A DNA stretch of 64,000 nt, from positions 6,491 to 70,490 of the forward strand of contig CAVZAY010000001.1 of NCBI GenBank assembly GCA_963773395.1, given 5' to 3'. Below the pieces are notes generated by a model that was given only the letters and a program-made list of their open reading frames with translations, had not been told where the DNA came from and ran no database searches. Positions 58,160-64,000 of the stretch are shown piece after piece (within the stretch, counting starts at the first letter, position 1; each line of letters begins with the position of its first letter). The DNA comes from an uncultured Solirubrobacterales bacterium. GTDB lineage: Bacteria; Actinomycetota; Thermoleophilia; Solirubrobacterales; Solirubrobacteraceae. Made by a program: the position numbers and the translations under genes.

Positions 58160-60124
58160 GTGGGCCGGCCGAGTGTAGGCAGCGCTGCGGCAGCACGCCG
58201 AAGGGAACGCCGCAGCGGTCTTGCGCGCCTCACCGCGCTCATCGTCGTCGCGGCCGGGGCAGGACTGGCCACAGCGGTCTCGATCGGCGGCGCGCCCGCA
58301 ACCGCGGCGACGCTCGCCCAAGCCTTCGCGACGGCGTGGGCACGGCACGACTGGGTCGCCGTATACGAGCGCGTCGACCGCCGCACCCAGGCGAGCGTGC
58401 CGTACGCGCAGTTCGCCGCCGACTACAGCGGTGCGTGGCGCACTGCGACGGTCACCCGGGTTCGCGTGCTTGCGGGGAGCGTTCACGCCGAGGGCGGATC
58501 GGAGGTCGTCGAGTTGGCGATCCACACGCGGATCTTCGGGACGCTCAGGTCGAGTTACACGCTCCCGATGATCGGCACCGGGAGCGCGCGCCGCGTGCAG
58601 TGGCTTCCGGCACTTGCCTTCCCCGGCCTCTACCCGGGCGAGACGGTTCACCGCGTAACGGTCGCGCCGACGCGAGGCCGACTGCTTGCGCGCGACGGCG
58701 TGCCGCTCGCGAGCCTCGCGTCGGCCGCGAACGTCATCGGCGCCCTCGGCCCGGCGACCGGGAGCCAGCTGGCGGCGCTCGAGGCGCGTGGCTTCCCGGC
58801 CGGAACGGAGGTCGGCACGAGCGGGCTCGAGTACGTCTTCGAGCGGGAGCTGGCGGGCCGGCCAGGCGGCGAGCTGTTCGCTGGTCCGCGACTGATCGCG
58901 CGCACGCGCCCGATCGAGGGCCGCGACGTGCGCACCTCGATCGATCCCGAGCTCCAGAACGAGGCGGTGGCGCAGCTCGGCTCCCAGCCGGGCGGGATCA
59001 TCGTCATGGCTCCGCACAGCGGCGAGATCCTGGCAGCGGCGGGAAGCCCGCTCTCGCAGCTGCAGCCGCCGGGATCGACATTCAAGATCGTTACGACGAC
59101 CGCCGTCCTGGAGGCCGGTCTCGCGACGACCAACACGACGTTCCCCTACGGCACCTACGCAAAGATCGAGGGCTACAAGCTTCACAACAGCAACAACGAG
59201 GATTGCGGTGGCACGCTGATCAACGCCTTCGCAGTGTCCTGCAACTCCGTCTACGCGCCGCTCGGCGTGAGGCTTGGGGCAACCCGCCTGATCGCAGCGG
59301 CGCGCGCATACGGCTTCGACTCGCCCTCGCCGATCGCGATCGCCGCCGAGTCCACGATTCCGCTGCCCGCTGGGATTCCCGACGACATCGCGCTCGGATC
59401 GAGCGCGATCGGCCAGTACCAGGACCTCGCCTCGCCGCTTCAGATGCTGCGGATCGCCGACACGATCGCGCTCGACGGCCTCGAGCCAGTCCCCACCTTC
59501 GCCACGGGCGTGCACCCGCGATTGCGCCGGATCGTCCCAGCGGGCGTGGCCCGCACGATCCGCAAGATGATGATCGCGGTGGTGCGCTACGGCGACGGCA
59601 CCGGCGTCCAGGCCAACCTGCCCGGCGTGATCGTCGCCGGCAAGACGGGCACGGCTCAGCTCACGCTACCGAGCTGCCAGTCGAGCACGGGAACGAACGG
59701 TGCAACCACACCCGCCGGATCGGCCACGACCAGCCCAACCGGAACGAGCACGAGCGCCCCAACCGGCACGACACAGCCAGCGGGCAAGCCGACAGGCCCA
59801 ACGAGCACGACCGGTGAAAGCGTCGCGACGGGCGGCGGAGCGAGCGCTCCCAGCGCAGCGGTGCCGTCGGCGGCCGGCGCGGCCGCGGTCGATCCGCTCG
59901 CGCACACGGCGCAGGTAAGCGACTCGGCGACGGGCACGACAGGTCCGTGCGGCACGAGCCCCAACAACCCCTACGACACGGACGCATGGTTCATCTCGTT
60001 TGCGCCCGCCTACCATCCGCGGATCGCGGTCGCGGTGCTGCTCGACCACGCCGGCGCGGGCGGAACGAGCGCCGCGCCGCTCGCGCGAAACCTCATCGCC
60101 GACGCGTTGGCGCAGGGTTTCTGA
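58160..60124 (+). CDS. class B penicillin-binding protein (NTF2-like N-domain plus transpeptidase) with a ~100-aa low-complexity insertion after KTG
   Basis: ORF 58160..60124, 654 aa. TM anchor LARLTALIVVAAGAGLA, GSTFKIV (SxxK), VSCNSVY (SxN), AGKTGTAQ (KTG). A T/S/P/G/A-rich stretch at 59660..59980 precedes DAWFISFAP. Confidence 0.85.
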   Translation: MGRPSVGSAAAARRRERRSGLARLTALIVVAAGAGLATAVSIGGAPATAATLAQAFATAWARHDWVAVYERVDRRTQASVPYAQFAADYSGAWRTATVTRVRVLAGSVHAEGGSEVVELAIHTRIFGTLRSSYTLPMIGTGSARRVQWLPALAFPGLYPGETVHRVTVAPTRGRLLARDGVPLASLASAANVIGALGPATGSQLAALEARGFPAGTEVGTSGLEYVFERELAGRPGGELFAGPRLIARTRPIEGRDVRTSIDPELQNEAVAQLGSQPGGIIVMAPHSGEILAAAGSPLSQLQPPGSTFKIVTTTAVLEAGLATTNTTFPYGTYAKIEGYKLHNSNNEDCGGTLINAFAVSCNSVYAPLGVRLGATRLIAAARAYGFDSPSPIAIAAESTIPLPAGIPDDIALGSSAIGQYQDLASPLQMLRIADTIALDGLEPVPTFATGVHPRLRRIVPAGVARTIRKMMIAVVRYGDGTGVQANLPGVIVAGKTGTAQLTLPSCQSSTGTNGATTPAGSATTSPTGTSTSAPTGTTQPAGKPTGPTSTTGESVATGGGASAPSAAVPSAAGAAAVDPLAHTAQVSDSATGTTGPCGTSPNNPYDTDAWFISFAPAYHPRIAVAVLLDHAGAGGTSAAPLARNLIADALAQGF

Positions 60125-60200
60125 GCCCGACGAGGCCCGTCCGACGTCCCGCGGATCCGTCACGCCGGTGCCTGCGCTGCCGTCGTGCTGCTGCTCCTGA

Positions 60201-60221
60201 CCGCCGGCGCTTAGCCGGTGG
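60201..60221 (+). terminator. candidate hairpin downstream of the PBP gene
   Basis: CCGCCGGC-GCTTA-GCCGGTGG, an 8-bp stem including one G-U pair, 77 nt after the stop. No U-tract. Confidence 0.3.
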
Positions 60222-60310
60222 GCGCCCCCGCCCGCCCGGTCGCTGCGTAATGCTCCCTTACCGGGTCCCTACGGATGCGCCCCTCCCCTCGGGCTCCTAG
60301 CGTGCTCGGC

Positions 60311-62032
60311 ATGACCGACGAGATCACCCGGCGCTCGCTGCTGAAGCGCGGCGCGGGCGCCGCCACGGCCGTCGGGGCGCTCGGACGCACAGCCGGGGCA
60401 GCTCAGGCTGCGGCGCGGCTGATCCAGAGCCCGCGGCGTGCGGTCGCGGCCGCGCCCAACGTGCTCGTCATCATCGTCGACCAACTGCGGCTGCCCCAGT
60501 GGTGGCAGGCGCAACCCGCGGCCGCGGCACTGATGCCGAACCTGGCAGCGCTGCGCAGCGGTGGCGTCAGCTTCGCCTCGCACTACACGGCGGCGAACGA
60601 CTGCACTCCCGCCCGCGGGACGATGCTCACCGGTCTCTACAGTCATCAGACCGGCTGCCTCGTGACGGGCGGCAGCACGCTCGCACGCGCATTCCCGACC
60701 TGGGGCACGCTGTTGCGCCGAGAGGGCTACGTGACGGCTTGGTTCGGCAAGTGGCACCTGACCAGCCACGACAACCACTGGACAGCCGCCCGCAACGCGC
60801 ACGCGCTCGAGCCGTACGGCTTCGACGGCGGAACCTACCCATCACCCGACGGGGCGCCGGGCCAGGGGTGGGCCACCGACCCCGTGATCGCGCGCCAGTT
60901 CGCTTCCTGGCTTGCAGCGGTCCCGGACACGCAGCCCTGGTGCACGACCGTCTCGTTCGTCAACCCGCACGACATCGCCTGGTGGTACCGCTGGAGCAAC
61001 CGCACGACTTCAGAACGCTCAGCGCCCACCGTCGTCCGCACGATGCCCCCGAACTTCGAGACTCCCGCCCAGCTCGTCGCGCAGCGCAAGCCACGATTGC
61101 AGATGTCGCTCCAGGAGACTGCCGCCAGCGGCTTCGGCGTGGTCCCGTTCACGGGCGCCAACGTGCAGTCGGTGTGGCTGCGGTTCCTGAACCTCTACCT
61201 CAAGCTCTCGAACGACGTCGACGCGCAGGTCGGAGCGGTCCTCGCCGCGCTCTACAGTCGCCCGTCGGTCGCGGCCAACACAATCGTCGTGTTCACATCC
61301 GATCATGGCGAGTACGGCGCATCGCACGGCTTGCGCGGCAAGGGCGGCGGCGTCTACGAGGAGGGCCTGCGCGTTCCGTTGATTGTCAAGGACCTCCGCA
61401 CGAACCCGCTAACGCGCGCGCCGGCGCTCGCGCGAACCGGCCTGACGTCAAGCGTCGACCTCGCACCGCTCCTGCTCACCCTCGCAACCGGCTCGAACGC
61501 ATGGCGCTCGGACCCGGCTCTCGCGCATCTCGCCCGCCGACACGACATCGCGGCCATGCTTGCCGACCCGACCGCTCCGGGACGCCCGTTCGTCCTCCAT
61601 GCGACGGACGAGATCGTCAGCGAGTTCGCGACCGAGCCGTACGCGTACAACGCACCGCTGCATGTAACTGCAATCCGGACGCCGAGCGCGAAATACGCCG
61701 TGTATTCGAACTGGAAGCGACACCACAACGCGCCGCAGACGGCCGGCGCCGAGCGCGAGCTCTACGACTACGCCACCGTGGCGGGACGGCTCGAGCTCGA
61801 CAATCGGGCCGGTCGCAGCCCGCTCGAAGCGGGGCTCCACAGCCAGCTCGCCGCCGCGATCCGCGACGAGCTGCGCGAGCCGCTACCGGTACATCTCCGC
61901 GCCGCTCAAAGCGACGGCTACAGCGACTACTACACGACCGCCCAGGCGACTGCGCTCAGCCAAGCGAGCCAGCGGCGGAAGCTCGAGGAGAAGGACCCCG
62001 GGGGCGCGGCCGAGAAGCTCGGCGCTCAGTGA
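60311..62032 (+). CDS. Tat-exported Cys-type sulfatase (alkaline-phosphatase superfamily)
   Basis: ATG 60311 within ORF 60275..62032: MTDEITRRSLLKRGAGAATAVGALG (twin-arginine), NVLVIIVDQLR, YTAANDCTPARGTMLTGLY (CxPxR formylglycine motif), FTSDHGEYG. Confidence 0.88.
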   Translation: MTDEITRRSLLKRGAGAATAVGALGRTAGAAQAAARLIQSPRRAVAAAPNVLVIIVDQLRLPQWWQAQPAAAALMPNLAALRSGGVSFASHYTAANDCTPARGTMLTGLYSHQTGCLVTGGSTLARAFPTWGTLLRREGYVTAWFGKWHLTSHDNHWTAARNAHALEPYGFDGGTYPSPDGAPGQGWATDPVIARQFASWLAAVPDTQPWCTTVSFVNPHDIAWWYRWSNRTTSERSAPTVVRTMPPNFETPAQLVAQRKPRLQMSLQETAASGFGVVPFTGANVQSVWLRFLNLYLKLSNDVDAQVGAVLAALYSRPSVAANTIVVFTSDHGEYGASHGLRGKGGGVYEEGLRVPLIVKDLRTNPLTRAPALARTGLTSSVDLAPLLLTLATGSNAWRSDPALAHLARRHDIAAMLADPTAPGRPFVLHATDEIVSEFATEPYAYNAPLHVTAIRTPSAKYAVYSNWKRHHNAPQTAGAERELYDYATVAGRLELDNRAGRSPLEAGLHSQLAAAIRDELREPLPVHLRAAQSDGYSDYYTTAQATALSQASQRRKLEEKDPGGAAEKLGAQ

Positions 62033-62050
62033 CAGAGCGGGGCGAGCTCT

Positions 62051-62055
62051 CTTAG
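62051..62055. repeat. left copy of 5-bp target-site duplication CTTAG
   Basis: CTTAG immediately outside the left IR. An identical pentamer lies at 63663..63667 immediately outside the right IR. Confidence 0.7.
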
Positions 62056-63662
62056 CCTGGATCCACCGTTTGATCGTGGTGCTGGTGTAGGCGCTAGTTG
62101 ATCGGTGGTTGGGGTCGGGTTGGCTGGTCGTCCAGCTCGTCGTCGGCGGGGCGCGGGCGGTTGGGGCTGTCGCGTGGTGCGTGATCGGTGCTCGTTGCGC
62201 ATGGCGAGGCCGCGGGTTTGGCAGTGATCGTTGTCGTGGGTGCCGTCGGTTGGTCAGGTGAGCCGGGGCACGCTGCGGAGGCGCTCGATGGCTGCGAGGA
62301 AGTCGTGTTCCCAGGGCCAGCGGGCGGGCATCCGGAGTGTGATTGTGCGGGCGGTGCGGGTGATCCGGCCGGGAACAGTGAGTAGCCGGCGGCGCAGAGT
62401 CCGGGAGGTGGGGATGATCGTGTCGGGCAAGCCAATCAGGGTGGTCCATCTCAAGAGGTTGTGTGCGAGGGCGGCGATCACGGTCCACGCGGCGTTCGCG
62501 AGGAACTTGCCGGAGGGGAAGTGCGCGAGGGCTTGGTCTTTGAGGTCGCGGATCGCGAGTTCCACGACCGCGTGCTGGCGGTGCTCGGCTTCGACGAGCG
62601 CGAGTTGTTCGGTGCGGTTGGTGAGGAACGCGAAGTGTCGCCAGTCGGGCCACAGCTCGGCTTGGGCGCCGAGGAGGCGGGTGCGTCGGACGATCAGTCG
62701 CTGATGGCCGAGCATCGTCTGCGCGATCTGTGCTTCCCCGCCGTCGGGGTAGTCCTCGAGGGTCTGCCAGTCCTGCTCGGGGATCGCTGCGATCGCGGCC
62801 TTGATGTGCTTTTGCTGGCGCACCCCGATCGAATAGGTCCAGCCAGCGGCCTGCAACCGCGCCGTGATCTTCGTGTTCCAGAACCCCGAGTCCGCTCGCA
62901 GCAGCTTCGGTCCGCTCGCGCCCGCACGGCCAACTCGTGGGATCAGCTCTTCGACGAACCGCAGCGCGCCACGAGAGGTGTTCGCCGACCCCTTCCTGGC
63001 ACGGATGTGCAATACCTCGCCGGTCCCGGCGCGAGTCGCGACGATCGGGTGATACCCGCGTTTGTGGGTGTACCCGTAGCCGGCGCCCTGCTTGTCATAG
63101 CCGAACACCTCGCCGACAAACGAATCGACATCCACGACCAGGCGCCCCTCGCCCGGGCCGGCACCCGCCAACCACGCGCGCCGCAGACTCTCTGCCAACA
63201 CTCGGTCGAGCTGGCGAACATGCCCGAACGTGAACGCCCGCAAGAACGTCCCGAGCGTCGAGGGTGCCGCGACGCGATGCCCGAGCACCGCGCTGGTCTG
63301 TCCCGAGCGCAGCACGTCACAGTCCTCGATGCAATCAGCCCCAAGCGCCATCGCCGACACCAGGCTCATTACTTTCCGTCCAGGGTTCGCCGCCCCGGCC
63401 CGGTCGCCAAGATCAACCGTCTCCTCGACCAACGCCTCCAGCCCGAGCCGGTCAGCAAGCAGCGCTGGCAGCATCACACCCGCGTTCGCAACGACACGAT
63501 CATCATCAAACGCGACCACCAGTCGGTCCGGCGAACCGTGCACCATGCGGGTGACCTCCTGCGCAGGACCCGCAGCCGCTGGCACGGCCCGTCTTGCCTG
63601 CTCAGGAGGTCATTTAAATCTCAGCCCCGGACAGACCACGCCCGCAAAACGGTGGATCCGGG
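62056..63662 (-). mobile_element. IS1380-family insertion sequence (1607 bp), intact, with TSD
   Basis: Terminal inverted repeats CCTGGATCCACCGTTT (62056..62071) and AAACGGTGGATCCGGG (63647..63662), 15/16 complementary. Single 443-aa transposase ORF. Flanked by the direct repeat CTTAG. Confidence 0.85.
62254..63585 (-). CDS. IS1380-family DDE transposase
   Basis: ORF 62254..63585: ...RLVVAFDDDRVVANAGVMLPALLADRLGLEAL...VVDVDSFVGEVFGYDKQGAGYGYTHKRGYHP...LRADSGFWN...HRQHAVVELAIRDLKDQALAHFPSGKF. The true start may be ATG 63546. Confidence 0.85.
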   Translation of the reverse strand: MPAAAGPAQEVTRMVHGSPDRLVVAFDDDRVVANAGVMLPALLADRLGLEALVEETVDLGDRAGAANPGRKVMSLVSAMALGADCIEDCDVLRSGQTSAVLGHRVAAPSTLGTFLRAFTFGHVRQLDRVLAESLRRAWLAGAGPGEGRLVVDVDSFVGEVFGYDKQGAGYGYTHKRGYHPIVATRAGTGEVLHIRARKGSANTSRGALRFVEELIPRVGRAGASGPKLLRADSGFWNTKITARLQAAGWTYSIGVRQQKHIKAAIAAIPEQDWQTLEDYPDGGEAQIAQTMLGHQRLIVRRTRLLGAQAELWPDWRHFAFLTNRTEQLALVEAEHRQHAVVELAIRDLKDQALAHFPSGKFLANAAWTVIAALAHNLLRWTTLIGLPDTIIPTSRTLRRRLLTVPGRITRTARTITLRMPARWPWEHDFLAAIERLRSVPRLT

Positions 63663-63667
63663 CTTAG
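63663..63667. repeat. right copy of 5-bp target-site duplication CTTAG
   Basis: See the left copy. TTA 63664..63666 is the complement of the TAA stop of the adjacent minus-strand gene. Confidence 0.7.
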
Positions 63668-64000
63668 ACGTCGAGCTCGATCCGCGACTGATCGCTGTGG
63701 TTCGCCGGGTCGACCACGTGGAGGATCAGCGGGCGCGAGCCGTAGGTCGAGTACGGGAACTTGAACACGAGGACCTCGCCCTGGCTCCAGCCGGTGTAGG
63801 CGAGGCTCGTCTGCGAGGGGAGCTGGCCTTTCGGCGGGATCGGCGCCGGCACGTAGCTGAATGCGTTCGGGCTCGGGTTCTGAAGCGGCGCGAAGCGAGC
63901 GCCGACAGTGTCGGTGATGTAGTAGTCGCTCGCGGGCGTCTGGGTACGCTCGGTGGTGTTGTAGGCCTGGATGAAGACGGCGAAGAACATGTCGCCGACC
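63664..64000 (-). CDS. hypothetical beta-rich protein, C-terminal part (5' end lies right of the window)
   Basis: The frame of ORF 63664..63990 stays open to position 64000: ...FFAVFIQAYNTTERTQTPASDYYITDTVGARFAPL...GEVLVFKFPYSTYGSRPLILHVVDPANHSDQSRIELDV. No family recognised. Confidence 0.6.
   Translation of the reverse strand, partial: VGDMFFAVFIQAYNTTERTQTPASDYYITDTVGARFAPLQNPSPNAFSYVPAPIPPKGQLPSQTSLAYTGWSQGEVLVFKFPYSTYGSRPLILHVVDPANHSDQSRIELDV

Noticed and set aside
58055-59817. 486-aa minus-strand and 554-aa plus-strand ORFs overlapping the PBP gene (and likewise 60499..62055 over the sulfatase)
   Set aside because: Arg-rich shadows. The PBP and sulfatase frames carry complete catalytic motif sets.
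1-64000. rRNA, tRNA, CRISPR arrays, riboswitches
   Set aside because: I saw no tRNA-like T-arm or anticodon-stem patterns, no regularly spaced direct repeats, and no long non-coding gaps. The largest gaps are about 100-160 nt. A covariance-model scan (tRNAscan-SE, Infernal/Rfam) would be needed to exclude small RNAs formally.

Overview
Very GC-rich (about 70% by eye) bacterial chromosome segment with an Actinomycetota-type gene set: GuaB3, MarP, CysO/Mec, type-2 PyrF and an AddAB/AdnAB-like nuclease. I worked from hand translation of both strands plus the ORF track, with no database searches.

I call about 60 protein genes. From left to right:
- glmM-rpsI-rplM
- an IS1182-family element beside a PfkB-kinase/aldolase-like pair and a truncated OsmC gene
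- an envelope/ECF-sigma module
- guaA-guaB3, pfkB, a D-Ala-D-Ala carboxypeptidase, pyrF
- a CDF transporter-rdgB-rph-murI string
- a GT4 glycosyltransferase, an HDAC-family deacetylase, nadB
- a complete CysO-dependent cysteine synthesis cluster (rhodanese-E1, cysO, cysM, mec)
- an Rrf2-sufC-sufD-sufS-sufU-sufB operon
- ltaE, gltB-gltD, an addB/addA-like helicase-nuclease pair
- topoisomerase III, MarP protease, a class B PBP, a Cys-type sulfatase
- an IS1380-family element with a 5-bp target duplication

I found no rRNA, tRNA or CRISPR. Many genes are joined by ATGA/GTGA start-stop overlaps.

The dominant unusual signal is about 57 single-nucleotide frame breaks, roughly 50 extra bases and 7 missing bases. 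They are packed into 17 unmistakable conserved genes between 14.0 and 54.3 kb. Interleaved genes and both flanks (1-13.9 kb, 54.6-64 kb) are intact, and I saw no in-frame stop in any repaired frame. I read this as most likely patchy uncorrected consensus/assembly error, but it needs read-level confirmation. Break positions are hand-derived, accurate to a few nt.

Most long Arg/Pro/Ala-rich ORFs in the track are antisense or out-of-frame shadows of real genes. I did not find a convincing novel multi-gene system such as a defence island. The best biological leads are:
- the rhodanese-first E1 in the CysO cluster
- a PBP with a ~100-aa low-complexity insertion after the KTG motif
- the Rrf2-headed suf operon
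- the two IS-associated rearrangements
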